Assembly: GCA_031551935.1 (NCBI GenBank) | Contig: JAVBMZ010000073.1 | Span: 1-47,504 of the forward strand | Source of the DNA: Bacteroidales bacterium | GTDB lineage: Bacteria; Bacteroidota; Bacteroidia; Bacteroidales; UBA4181 | DNA: 47,504 bases | Direction of reading: 5' to 3' | Part shown: piece after piece, positions 37,679-47,504 of the stretch | Numbering within the stretch: position 1 is the stretch's first letter | Layout of the letters: each line of letters opens with the position of its first letter | Program-made: the position numbers and the translations under genes | The notes under the pieces: model-generated | Database searches by the model: none | Seen by the model: only the letters and a program-made list of their open reading frames with translations | What the model was told of the DNA's origin: nothing

Positions 37679-40600
37679 ATGAATCTGTTTTTGAGAATCA
37701 AAAGCTTAAAGATAATTATTGCCCTTTTCTTACTATTTGGTATGGAAAATAGTCATGTATTTGGACAATTTTATAACGGACATCAAATGACTTTTGGCAA
37801 AAACAGGGTTCAGTACAACGATTTTTATTGGTCTTACTATCGTTTTGAACGGTTTGATATTTATTTTAATCAGGATGGAAACGAATTGGCGCTGTATGCC
37901 GAATCGGTTGCCGGACCTGAGCTGGATCGGATGGAAAGTCTTTTCGATTATATCATCGAAAAACGTATTATTTTCATTGTATACAACAAGTTAACAGACT
38001 TCAGGCAAGGTAACATTGGCTTGGTAACAGGCATTGATGAATATAATACAGGCGGTGTAACCCGTATTATTGACAATAAAGTTTTCCTGTATTTTGAGGG
38101 TGACCACAATGCCTTCAAAAAGCAGATTAGCGCGGCTATGGCTGAAATCATTGTTAATGAAATGATTTATGGTAGCGCTTTGCGAACCAATATGACTAAC
38201 TCAGCTACGATCAATACTCCTGTATGGTTTCGGGAAGGATTGGTTTCATATATGGCCGAACCGTGGAGCGTGGACTTAGATGACAAAATCAAAAACGGTA
38301 TTGTCAGTAAGAAATACGACCAATTTACCCGTCTTACAGGAGATGATGCCATATGGGCTGGGCATTCGTTTTGGCGGTTCATCGAAAAAACGTATGGAAT
38401 AGCGGTAGTGTCTAACATCGTGTATATTACCCGTCTCAACAGAAATGTTAAGAGCGGTTTTATGGCTGTGCTGGGTACAGACCTGAAAGGTTTGACCAAA
38501 GAATGGTTGGAATATTATACCAACCTTTATGCAGAAGAAGATGCCAACCCGTATCCTGAAGTTGCACCCATCGTGAAAAAGCCTAAAAAGTATCGTGTTT
38601 ATGACAAAATGAAAATTAGTCCTAATGGCCGTTATTTGGCTTATGTGACTAATGACATGGGGCAATATCGCATTTGGTTACGCGATTTGGAGACGGGGAA
38701 ACAGAAACGTATTTTCAAACATGAGCATAAACTGGAACAAATACAAGACTATTCATACCCTGTATTGGCCTGGCATCCTTCAGGAGATATTCTCTTGTTC
38801 ATTTATGAGGAGAAAGGCGGGGTAAAAATGACTTTTTATGATGTCCCGAACAAAGAATATAACACACGAAACTTGCTTTATTTTGAAAAAATATTTGCTG
38901 TTGATTTTTCACCTGACGGGGGTAAAATAGTGATGTCGGCATATCGGTTTGGTCGGTCTGATATATATGTACATACCTTAGCATCGGGTTCTAATCAGGC
39001 TATTACCGATGATTTGGCCGACGACATGAACCCGAAATTCATCGAAAATGGCACGAAAATCATCTTTTCTTCTAACCGCAGTGATGATTCCATTCGCTAC
39101 GAAGGGGCAACGATGCGTCGTTTGTCGCCCAATAAGAGTTTGTTTGTATACGATTACCTTCGTAAACCGTCTATCTTGATGCCACTCGCCAGTGCCCCGT
39201 ATGCAAATCAAACGGATCCTATGGAATTGGATAGGAATCGTTATGCTTTTCTAAGCGACCAAAGCGGAGTGATTAATCGTTATGTTACTTCTTTCGATAG
39301 TGTTATCAGCTTTATCGACACAGCGGTTCATTATCGTTATACAACCAATGCAAAGCCATTGACGAACTATTCGCGCAATATTCTGGATCATGATATCAAT
39401 CCCGGGACAGATCAGAGTGTAACCCTATTCCGGAATAAGGAGCGGTACAACATGTACCAAAGTCCGATTATCGAGCCAAATGTGCCAGATACGCTTCCGG
39501 TAACAGCATATAGGGAGGAAATTGTAAAAAAATACCGGGCTACAGATAGTTTGGCACGCATTGCACAAGCAGCTGTTCCAGCAGTACTCCTTCCAAATGG
39601 GAACATATTAACACCTGAAGGAGATACGATTAAATTCGATATGGATAAGGTGAATATCTATCGCTATGTATTTGAGGTGGAAAAATTGCAATTTTACCAG
39701 AATGATCTTGAATTGACCGATTTTCAGTTAGAAGATGATTCTATCAAGGCAGAACGTAACAAGATACGTATTTATCAAACAGCTTTCTATCCGAATTATT
39801 TGGTCTCGCAGGTCGATTTTAGTTTTCTCGAAGCATCATACCAGACATACACGGGTGGGGCAGTGTATTACAACCCGGGATTCAACCTGTTGTTTAAACT
39901 GGGTACCAATGACCTTTTCGAAGATTATAAGATCATCGGCGGTGTGCGATTTGGCCTTGATTTCGACAGTAATGAGTATTTACTCAGCTTTGAAAACCTG
40001 AAAAGACGATTGGATAGGCAGATCATCTTCCATCGCCAGGCATATCAGAATTATGCTGTGGACGAATATCAAACCTATTATCCGATAAAGACCCATACAC
40101 ACGAGCTGTTTTATTCGCTTCGTTATCCTTTCACGCAAACTTTTGCGCTTAAAGGGACTGTTTCCTTCCGCGATGATCGTACGGTATTCCTTACCGATAA
40201 TAGCAATCAATTGACCCGTACGATGGATGGGTATCACCGTATATGGGCGGGACTGAAATTAGAGGCTATATTTGATAATACTCGTAAAATTGGAGTGAAT
40301 ATTCCCAGTGGATGGAGGTATAAAATTTTCGGCGAAACATATTGGCAATTATATGACGAAACATCAGACTTGTTTGTCCTTGGTGCAGATTTCCGTCATT
40401 ATCAGGTGTTACATCGGAATCTGATTTGGGCCAGCCGTTTTGCGGCAAGCTCTTCATTCGGGCGTAGCCGCCTTCTTTACTATTTGGGAAGCGTCGACAA
40501 TTGGATTACTTTTTTCACGAATAAACCGGTGTATGATGCGTCTGTCCGTGTTGACCGTCAGGAACGATACGCATACCAAACCTTAGCGACAGATATGCGC

Positions 40601-40990
40601 GGATTCATACAAAACATCCGCAATGGAAACAATTTTGCATTGTTGAATAATGAAATACGATGGCCGTTTATCCAGTATTTTTCGAGATATCCTTTATCTA
40701 ACTTCTGGTCAAGTTTGCAGTTGGTGGGATTTTTTGATGTAGGTTCGGCTTGGTCAGGTGTGTCGCCATTTGCAAAAAAGAATGCTTACGATTACGATGT
40801 AATTACTAACGAGGGTGGGGGAGTAACAGTGACCATCGAAACCGGACGGGATCCCATCGTATTTGGGTATGGTTTTGGCTTACGGGCGCAATTGCTTGGC
40901 TACTTTATGCGATTTGACTGGGCTTGGGGCGTCGAAAACGGAATTATATTGCCGAATGTTTTCTATTTTTCCATGAGCTTGGATTTTTAG
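37679..40990 (+). CDS. Large outer-membrane protein: peptidase-like N-domain, PD40/TolB-like propeller, C-terminal Omp85-like barrel
   Basis: Signal peptide, FGKNRVQY, PVWFREGL, SPNG/SPDG/FSSNR repeats, FFDVGSAW, GYGFGLR, terminal Phe. Confidence 0.75.
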   Translation: MNLFLRIKSLKIIIALFLLFGMENSHVFGQFYNGHQMTFGKNRVQYNDFYWSYYRFERFDIYFNQDGNELALYAESVAGPELDRMESLFDYIIEKRIIFIVYNKLTDFRQGNIGLVTGIDEYNTGGVTRIIDNKVFLYFEGDHNAFKKQISAAMAEIIVNEMIYGSALRTNMTNSATINTPVWFREGLVSYMAEPWSVDLDDKIKNGIVSKKYDQFTRLTGDDAIWAGHSFWRFIEKTYGIAVVSNIVYITRLNRNVKSGFMAVLGTDLKGLTKEWLEYYTNLYAEEDANPYPEVAPIVKKPKKYRVYDKMKISPNGRYLAYVTNDMGQYRIWLRDLETGKQKRIFKHEHKLEQIQDYSYPVLAWHPSGDILLFIYEEKGGVKMTFYDVPNKEYNTRNLLYFEKIFAVDFSPDGGKIVMSAYRFGRSDIYVHTLASGSNQAITDDLADDMNPKFIENGTKIIFSSNRSDDSIRYEGATMRRLSPNKSLFVYDYLRKPSILMPLASAPYANQTDPMELDRNRYAFLSDQSGVINRYVTSFDSVISFIDTAVHYRYTTNAKPLTNYSRNILDHDINPGTDQSVTLFRNKERYNMYQSPIIEPNVPDTLPVTAYREEIVKKYRATDSLARIAQAAVPAVLLPNGNILTPEGDTIKFDMDKVNIYRYVFEVEKLQFYQNDLELTDFQLEDDSIKAERNKIRIYQTAFYPNYLVSQVDFSFLEASYQTYTGGAVYYNPGFNLLFKLGTNDLFEDYKIIGGVRFGLDFDSNEYLLSFENLKRRLDRQIIFHRQAYQNYAVDEYQTYYPIKTHTHELFYSLRYPFTQTFALKGTVSFRDDRTVFLTDNSNQLTRTMDGYHRIWAGLKLEAIFDNTRKIGVNIPSGWRYKIFGETYWQLYDETSDLFVLGADFRHYQVLHRNLIWASRFAASSSFGRSRLLYYLGSVDNWITFFTNKPVYDASVRVDRQERYAYQTLATDMRGFIQNIRNGNNFALLNNEIRWPFIQYFSRYPLSNFWSSLQLVGFFDVGSAWSGVSPFAKKNAYDYDVITNEGGGVTVTIETGRDPIVFGYGFGLRAQLLGYFMRFDWAWGVENGIILPNVFYFSMSLDF

Positions 40991-43140
40991 AACTTGCATA
41001 CTACTTGCGCTTTTACCTCGGAATAACGGTCACCTTGTATTGTATTTAGTCCACTGCCAATCACATCCTTGTTGGTATAATGTGTTGTTGCATATTTGAA
41101 CCGTAAATCAATATGTTTTCCTAACGAATATTTCAGCAACAGGTATAATCTCGTTCCCTGGTCATAAAATGCAGGAATACTAAAAGCGTACAACATATCG
41201 TTTTCGAACGAGTAAATACGCGAGTTGTAATCTTCTGTGTCGAAAAGTGCATATCTCAAGGTGATACGTAAAGGATAGCGTTTGAAGGTATGTAATGTTA
41301 TAGATGCATCTTGGGCAATGAAATATCCATTGCTTGAAACGTTTTCTTTCCGGTAATTTTTAATTTCCAGGTGATTCCCTATATCGAACCCATCGGCTAT
41401 CTGATGGGAAAATACCATTTTTGCCGATGTTGTTCGGACAGCGGTGATGGTACTGGTCACCACCTCTGAGGCATTTTCATCTTTTTCTTTGTAGCGCGCT
41501 TGAAGATATATTTTGGTGTTGCGTGAAGGAATATAATCAGCCTGCAACATGGTTTCTTGTCCATATGATGGTGCGTAAGATCGGTAACGCAACCATGGGA
41601 AACGAAAAATATCCCAATAGGATGAGAAACGCCATTGACCTCCGGGATTCCAGTTCCAACCTACATAAAAACCTTCCTCATTGTTATTGTGCGAATTTTC
41701 GCCTAATGAATTTCCGTATAAGGCATGAAAATTCTTTGCATATCTGCGGTACAGAAGATTTGCGCCAAAATGTTCGTTGATGAGCATCTGTATGCCATAA
41801 AGAGATCCGGAAGCCCCATTTTGACTCAATGCTTGTTCGCCATAGAAGATAGCATCGCCTAAGCGAAAACGGAAATCAATGCTGTAATTGCTGTTTGAAT
41901 TGCCTGAAAAAGCAAAATGATTGTATAGATAGGTATGTGGAGTCAATATTGCGTCGTATTCGTAATAAACGGCTGTTGCCCCAATATGATAATTGGCGCG
42001 TGTCATAGCAATATTCGTCCCTACGATTTGTTCCATCACCGCATCTTTTTGTGTTATCTCATTTGGCGTACGGTGATAGCCATTGGTTGGGAAAGATGAA
42101 ATGGCAATGACCTTTCCGTCATCATTCTTTGTCATAATCGTTGCGTCGATAGCTTTACGTGAATAAAACATGCTCACGTCCAGAAGATGCATTCGAAAAG
42201 TAGCTCCTATTCCTCGCATGAAACGGTTTTCGTCAGTAGAACTGTATTTTCGTAATCCGGCATTATAACGCATAGCGTTCAGCAACATAGCGCTTTTACC
42301 ATAACTGAATCCAGACCACAAGATCAATCCTTGTCCAAAATCGGCTCGATAATCGCCCAACGTTAACGTTTTCAACCATCCATTGGTATTCAGTTGAAAA
42401 TGGGCTGAGTAAAAATCGAACCCATACGGATTATTTCCACGGAACATAGTTTCTCCTGCATCTTTTTCGGCAGTGATGCCAAAATATAACTGGTTCCCAT
42501 AATTGAACGAATAGCGTACATATGCTTTGACAGGACTCCCTAGATACCTGTTAGTCACAGAATCGGGACGCAAATATCCTTCCTGTTTTTGTAATACAGT
42601 TTGTGTTCCTGTGATTATCCTGTTCTTACCATAACGAAGCGCACGTCCAGGTTTGATATTTGATTCCGGTTTCTTTTCTAGAGAAATGAATGGTACTAAA
42701 ATTTGTGCCAATTCGGGTGTAAATCCATATAAATAAGCAATTTCGTAATATGATAATATAGGACCTTGCTTTTTAATATGTTCCAATAAGCTGTTGATTT
42801 GAAATTCCGTAAGCCAAGTTATTCGTGCCAAATCCTCAAAATTTGCTTGGTTGATGTAAACGGGATTTTCGGTTAAATCTTCCATCATTTCGAGCATTTG
42901 TTCTAAATCTTGTTCTTCTTCACTTTGAGCAGCAATATCAGTCAATAACGAACGCAAAAGATGGTCATCTTCCATATCTTTCTGCGCCATTATTTCTATC
43001 GAGCATAGCAGATAAATCATGTAGATACATGTGTGTTTTATCCTCAAGGCTTTAGCAATTTTTGCACAATGAAATACGCAAGATCGTTTCAAATACCTGC
43101 AAAGTCTGACACCTTGTGAAAATATGGCCTTTCTGTACAT
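40987..43140 (-). CDS. Helix-hairpin-helix (ComEA-like) domain protein with C-terminal beta-barrel
   Basis: PVYINQANFEDL...LTEFQINSLL...GPILSYYEIAYLYGF; EKDAGE, GDYRADFGQGL; terminal Phe. Start uncertain (43140 or 43020). Confidence 0.8.
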   Translation of the reverse strand: MYRKAIFSQGVRLCRYLKRSCVFHCAKIAKALRIKHTCIYMIYLLCSIEIMAQKDMEDDHLLRSLLTDIAAQSEEEQDLEQMLEMMEDLTENPVYINQANFEDLARITWLTEFQINSLLEHIKKQGPILSYYEIAYLYGFTPELAQILVPFISLEKKPESNIKPGRALRYGKNRIITGTQTVLQKQEGYLRPDSVTNRYLGSPVKAYVRYSFNYGNQLYFGITAEKDAGETMFRGNNPYGFDFYSAHFQLNTNGWLKTLTLGDYRADFGQGLILWSGFSYGKSAMLLNAMRYNAGLRKYSSTDENRFMRGIGATFRMHLLDVSMFYSRKAIDATIMTKNDDGKVIAISSFPTNGYHRTPNEITQKDAVMEQIVGTNIAMTRANYHIGATAVYYEYDAILTPHTYLYNHFAFSGNSNSNYSIDFRFRLGDAIFYGEQALSQNGASGSLYGIQMLINEHFGANLLYRRYAKNFHALYGNSLGENSHNNNEEGFYVGWNWNPGGQWRFSSYWDIFRFPWLRYRSYAPSYGQETMLQADYIPSRNTKIYLQARYKEKDENASEVVTSTITAVRTTSAKMVFSHQIADGFDIGNHLEIKNYRKENVSSNGYFIAQDASITLHTFKRYPLRITLRYALFDTEDYNSRIYSFENDMLYAFSIPAFYDQGTRLYLLLKYSLGKHIDLRFKYATTHYTNKDVIGSGLNTIQGDRYSEVKAQVVCKF

Positions 43141-43144
43141 GGAT

Positions 43145-43984
43145 TCACAATTTTGCAATGATGGCAATATGAGGATTGTAACCCAGAAATTTATGATGGC
43201 TAAAAGCCAAATCAACGGTAAAGCTTTTCCACGAATAACCGAGTCCAAAAGCATATTGACATGTCCATCCTGTAGAAACGCCACAACGTAAGTGCAATTT
43301 TTCTATCGGCATAAATTCCAAACCACCTTTGAAAACGGCATCCATTCGTAGATCTTTTTCTGTTTCTATGCTGATGAACGCTTTTTCTTGAATGGTATAC
43401 CCCACACCAAACCGCATGATGGTGGGTATTCGCTCACTTGGATTAGCCTTTTGCTTGCTTTGCGGCATATTGAATACATGTGCTCCGATTATCAGATGGT
43501 CGACGGGTTCGCACAACAAACCAATTTCAGCACATAAAGAGCCAAAATTTCCATAATCCGCAGCAAAATGTGTATGGAAATAGTCCATTTGAACACCTAA
43601 CGAGAATTTTTCACCTAATTTTTTGGCTACAGCTAATCCGAATTTCGATTCGTTATATTTTGAATATCCAAAATAGCGGTAGTTCAAACCAATGGTAGTT
43701 GATTTGATAGGAACAGCAAAGACACCAGCCTGTATCGACAAGTTTTTGACATTCAGTCTGTTTTCATAATACAAGGCGGCAGTGGCTTGTTCTAAATAAC
43801 CTAAGCCAGCCTGGTTGTTGGTCGATGACCAGATGTCCGCCATTGCTACTGATGTCGTTGCCATTCCGGCAGAACGGGCACCTAACGGATAATTATCGTT
43901 GCCTGCATGGCAAAGAAATACACAACCATACATCATCATAAGATGTAGTATGATTTTCATTATTGTTTTTACGTTCGTTTTCAT
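43145..43984 (-). CDS. PorV/PorQ (FadL-like) outer-membrane protein
   Basis: Signal peptide, GARSAGMA, NNQAGL hatch motif, amphipathic strands. Confidence 0.7.
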   Translation of the reverse strand: MKTNVKTIMKIILHLMMMYGCVFLCHAGNDNYPLGARSAGMATTSVAMADIWSSTNNQAGLGYLEQATAALYYENRLNVKNLSIQAGVFAVPIKSTTIGLNYRYFGYSKYNESKFGLAVAKKLGEKFSLGVQMDYFHTHFAADYGNFGSLCAEIGLLCEPVDHLIIGAHVFNMPQSKQKANPSERIPTIMRFGVGYTIQEKAFISIETEKDLRMDAVFKGGLEFMPIEKLHLRCGVSTGWTCQYAFGLGYSWKSFTVDLAFSHHKFLGYNPHIAIIAKL

Positions 43985-44241
43985 TTGTAGCCATCATTTT
44001 AATTATTGCAGTAATAGTTGTGATGCTATTACAAGGTCAAAAATAAATAAAATTTAGAAAATACGTTCATATAATGTTTTTTTTTCTTGAACATTGGATC
44101 AGTATTTTTCAAAAATATGATTTTGTGATAGCATTTTGGATCATTTTTCATCTATATCGGCCTTTACAGCGGATTTTGAAACTTTTACCATAGAGCTACG
44201 TATATGTAATAATAGCGACAAACTTGATAACACATGTTGGT

Positions 44242-46776
44242 ATGAAATCTATCTTCTCAAAATTAGGCGTAACTTCCAGGATGATCATTCCTTTTACCCT
44301 ATGTATTTTTTTAGTAATGGCCGCCAGCATTATATACAGTTATGTATATCTTTCTGATGCATATATGGGGAGTATTCATCAGGATGCAACTACTAAAGCT
44401 CAATTGGCAGCAAATGAAATTGATAAATTAACTCTTGGCGTATCATCGGCTGTAGATGTAATGGGTGAAGCCATGAAAATGATCGATTTGGAACATAATT
44501 CGACAGTACACCATTTGATAAGCCAGACGATTAAAGTTAATCCTAATATTTACGGTTCTACATTCGCTCTTAACCCGGAAGCCGGATATGGCAAACGTTC
44601 ACCATATGTATATCGTGCTCCGAAAAATATACTCGACGCCAGTGACTTGGTTGATAGTTATGATTACGAACAAGAACTTTGGTATACACAACCTGTAAAG
44701 GCGAAACACCCTACATGGAGCGATCCGTATTTTGATGAAGGTGGTGGAGATGCTTTGATGGTAACCTATTCTGTACCTGTATATACTGACGAAACTCATC
44801 AGTTGCTTGGCGTGATGACTGGCGATATTGCATTGGAATGGTTGGATAGTTATATAGCGGGCGAAGGAGAACGGTTATATGCGTTTATCATTGACAGGGC
44901 TACCGGTATGTACATCGCCCATCCAAACAAAGACTACATATTGAATAACCATATTAGCGACGTGTCGAAATCGATGAATAACCATGAACTGGCACTTATC
45001 GCTACAAGAATGATGGAAGGCCAAAATGGTTTTAGTGAATATGTCAATGAAGTAGATGAGAAAGAGAGTTTTATTGCTTATAGTCCGACAACAGTTGCCA
45101 ATTGGTCTATTGCCATTGTATTAGATAAAACTACCGTGCTAAAAACAGTAACACATTTGCGTATTATGCAGATCGTGATTATGGCCGGCGGTTTTGTACT
45201 GTTTATTCTGCTCATTGTATATATTGCCCGTTCCATCAAACAACAGTTAGGAGTTGAGCCGGGTGAATTGACAGAACGATTAAAAAAGCTTGCAAAAGGA
45301 GAAATTGTGCAGTCAGATAGCCAACATACATACCAGTATGACGATGATTCTGTGGCTGCTTATGTGGATATTTTATCAAACAATATGGCTTCTACGGCTA
45401 CTTTTGCTGACGCTATTGGTAAAGGTGATTTTCACTGGGAATATACGACATTGGGCGATGGAGATGTGTTGGGAAATGCCTTATTGGACATGCGTTCTAA
45501 CTTGCAAGCGGCAAAGAAGGAAGCTGAAATACGGCAAGAGGAAGAGCGTAGACGTAATTGGGCGACCGAGGGTTTGGCTAAGATGGGAGAGCTGCTTAGA
45601 CTCAACAATAACAATTTGGAAGCTTTATCATCCATTGTCATTTCAGAAATGGTTAAATATTTGGATGCTAATCAAGGCGGTTTATTTGTATTGAATGATG
45701 CGGATGCGCAACATAAATACTTAGAACTGACGGCATGTTATGCCTATGATCGCAAAAAGTTTGCACAAAAACATGTCGAATTGGGCGAAGGATTGACAGG
45801 TACTTGTTATCTTGAAGGAGCGTCTATTTATATGACTACTCTTCCCCCAAATTATATGGAAATCACCTCTGGTTTGGGTGGCAATACACCAAAAGCATTG
45901 TTGATCACGCCATTGAAGGTCAACGAACAGATATATGGGGTCATCGAGTTAGCGTCTTTTGAAGCATTTGAAGAATACCAGATCGCTTTTGTAGAAAAAG
46001 TATCAGAGAGTATTGCTTCAACATTGTCTACGGTAAAAACGAATCTGACCACACAGCAGTTGTTGGAACGATCGAAACTGCAATCGGAGGAAATGGCTAA
46101 CCAGGAGGAGGAGCTTCGTCAAAATATGGAGGAAATGCAAGCCACGCAGGAAGAAATGCGTCGTCGCGAAACCGAATTGAACGATGCTTTGGCAAACATG
46201 AAAAAAATGGTGGCTGCCGGGGAAGAATTTAAAGATAAAGTTTATTGGTATGAAGCCTTACTTGATGCCTTTAATGAAACACCCGTCTCAGTGACCGACA
46301 TGCATAAAAATGTAACTTTCTTGAATAAAGCGGCATTGTCAATTCTTGGAAAAACCAGGGAAGAAGTGATTGGTAAAAATTGTGGTAGTGTTTGGGGAGT
46401 TGATATTTGCCAAAATGAAAATTGTGGTATTGAATATTTGAAATGCAGTAAAGGAAAAAGTACGTTCAACGTAGGAAATGAAATTTTTACAACTTCTGCA
46501 AGCTATATTAAGGACAGGAATGGTAATAATATTGGGCATATTGAAGTAGTTTCAAATATTTCGGAAGCAACATATAAGTCGGAATACAGTAAAAAAGAAG
46601 TAGAAAAATTAGCCAAAAATATCTCAAAAATGGCTGAAGGTGATGTTAATTTTGATTTCACTATAGATCAACCGAATCAATATACACAAGAAGAATACCG
46701 TAATTTTGGCACCATAGCGTCAAATTTGGAAAAAGTTCGCAATGCTATTAGAAGTTTACTGTCTGGTGCAAAGTAG
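44242..46776 (+). CDS. Membrane sensor: dCache-HAMP-GAF-coiled coil-PAS-HAMP, no output domain
   Basis: Two TMs, WY...WSDPYFD, ACYAYDRKK...GEGLTG...GVIELAS, QEEELRQNMEEMQATQEE, PAS TFLNKAA..GKTREEVIGK. Confidence 0.82.
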   Translation: MKSIFSKLGVTSRMIIPFTLCIFLVMAASIIYSYVYLSDAYMGSIHQDATTKAQLAANEIDKLTLGVSSAVDVMGEAMKMIDLEHNSTVHHLISQTIKVNPNIYGSTFALNPEAGYGKRSPYVYRAPKNILDASDLVDSYDYEQELWYTQPVKAKHPTWSDPYFDEGGGDALMVTYSVPVYTDETHQLLGVMTGDIALEWLDSYIAGEGERLYAFIIDRATGMYIAHPNKDYILNNHISDVSKSMNNHELALIATRMMEGQNGFSEYVNEVDEKESFIAYSPTTVANWSIAIVLDKTTVLKTVTHLRIMQIVIMAGGFVLFILLIVYIARSIKQQLGVEPGELTERLKKLAKGEIVQSDSQHTYQYDDDSVAAYVDILSNNMASTATFADAIGKGDFHWEYTTLGDGDVLGNALLDMRSNLQAAKKEAEIRQEEERRRNWATEGLAKMGELLRLNNNNLEALSSIVISEMVKYLDANQGGLFVLNDADAQHKYLELTACYAYDRKKFAQKHVELGEGLTGTCYLEGASIYMTTLPPNYMEITSGLGGNTPKALLITPLKVNEQIYGVIELASFEAFEEYQIAFVEKVSESIASTLSTVKTNLTTQQLLERSKLQSEEMANQEEELRQNMEEMQATQEEMRRRETELNDALANMKKMVAAGEEFKDKVYWYEALLDAFNETPVSVTDMHKNVTFLNKAALSILGKTREEVIGKNCGSVWGVDICQNENCGIEYLKCSKGKSTFNVGNEIFTTSASYIKDRNGNNIGHIEVVSNISEATYKSEYSKKEVEKLAKNISKMAEGDVNFDFTIDQPNQYTQEEYRNFGTIASNLEKVRNAIRSLLSGAK

Positions 46777-46884
46777 GTTAAGTATATATTTCTTTCGGTT
46801 AATGTGAAATATCTATCCAGCTTTCGGCAAAACTCATATGATATATGCAGCAGGAGGAATTTGATTTGAGTGAATGTCGAATAA

Positions 46885-46915
46885 TTTACCATACCATACG
46901 GTATGGTATGGTAAA
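46885..46915. terminator. Perfect 15-bp inverted repeat between convergent genes; probable bidirectional terminator
   Basis: TTTACCATACCATAC-G-GTATGGTATGGTAAA. Confidence 0.6.
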
Positions 46916-46925
46916 AATCATGGAT

Positions 46926-47504
46926 TCAAATATTACTTAAGGCTTCTAGGAATGCGTCGTTTTCCGCAGGAGTCCCTACGGTAATTCTAAGGCAATTACC
47001 GCAAAGCGATATGGCGTTTCTGTTACGCACAATGACGCCCTTTTTTACCAGGTATTGGTAAATGGCATTGGCATCAGAAACTCTGATGAGGATAAAATTG
47101 GCATCTGTCGGATATGCTTTTTCCACACAAGGTGTATTGGCCAATTGGGCTTGAAGTCTGTCCCGTTCCTGCAATAATATTTTTACCCAATCTTTGACAC
47201 GATCAGATTTAGCGAGCAATTGTAATGCATAATCCTGGGTCAGTTGATTGACATTGTATGGGTATTTGACCTTATTCATGATACGGACGATCTCCGGGTG
47301 GGCGAAAGCCATTCCTAGACGGGCAGCTGCACGACCCCACGCTTTCGAAAAAGTTTGCAAAACAATCAGGTTGGGATAGTCCTTCAATTCGCTTAACATA
47401 GAGGATTGTGCTGCAAAATCAATATATGCCTCGTCCAACACAACTATTCCTTCGAATCCTTTAATGGTCTTTATCATCTCATCGTGATTCAAACTATTCC
47501 CTGT
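46926..47504 (-). CDS. hisC: Histidinol-phosphate aminotransferase, 5'-truncated by window edge
   Basis: TGN, DEAYIDF, TFSKAWG..RLG, PYNVN, ANFIL, LRITVGTP.END. Confidence 0.93.
   Translation of the reverse strand, partial: TGNSLNHDEMIKTIKGFEGIVVLDEAYIDFAAQSSMLSELKDYPNLIVLQTFSKAWGRAAARLGMAFAHPEIVRIMNKVKYPYNVNQLTQDYALQLLAKSDRVKDWVKILLQERDRLQAQLANTPCVEKAYPTDANFILIRVSDANAIYQYLVKKGVIVRNRNAISLCGNCLRITVGTPAENDAFLEALSNI

Noticed and set aside
40987-40990. Overlapping stop codons of convergent genes
   Set aside because: A common compact arrangement, not evidence of a special mechanism
43141-43284. N-terminal extension of the 765-aa ORF overlapping the PorV-like gene
   Set aside because: Likely an ORF-caller artefact; downstream ATGs give a non-overlapping start. 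The same applies to the extended starts of mraZ, murC, murD and the first ECF

Overview
Chromosomal segment of a Bacteroidota (probably Bacteroidales) genome. Support: PorT-like gene, UpxY, TAnnTTTG promoter boxes and a Bacteroidota-type dcw order without murF/ddl. The core is a division/cell-wall (dcw) cluster: mraZ-rsmH-ftsL-ftsI-murE-mraY-murD-ftsW-murG-murC-ftsQ-ftsA-ftsZ, preceded by an MraZ box. The cluster is interrupted by an ORF6N gene, an AAA+/DUF4143 ATPase, an LTA-synthase-family gene between ftsA and ftsZ, and 7-bp-periodic junction repeats, one pair of which encloses a likely four-helix-bundle gene remnant. To its left, a 3.2-kb GH43+GH11 cassette is bracketed by a 76-bp duplication of the tyrA 3' end. 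It is followed by an HPr-kinase-like gene, lipoproteins, mltD, an ECF/anti-sigma pair and a stand-alone upxY. To its right lie riboflavin synthase, a KdpE-like regulator, an ECF sigma, an MdtD-like MFS pump, a PhoR-like kinase, three outer-membrane proteins, an output-less dCache-GAF-PAS sensor and a partial hisC. I saw no rRNA, tRNA, CRISPR array, integrase or transposase. All calls come from motif recognition by eye; no searches were run.
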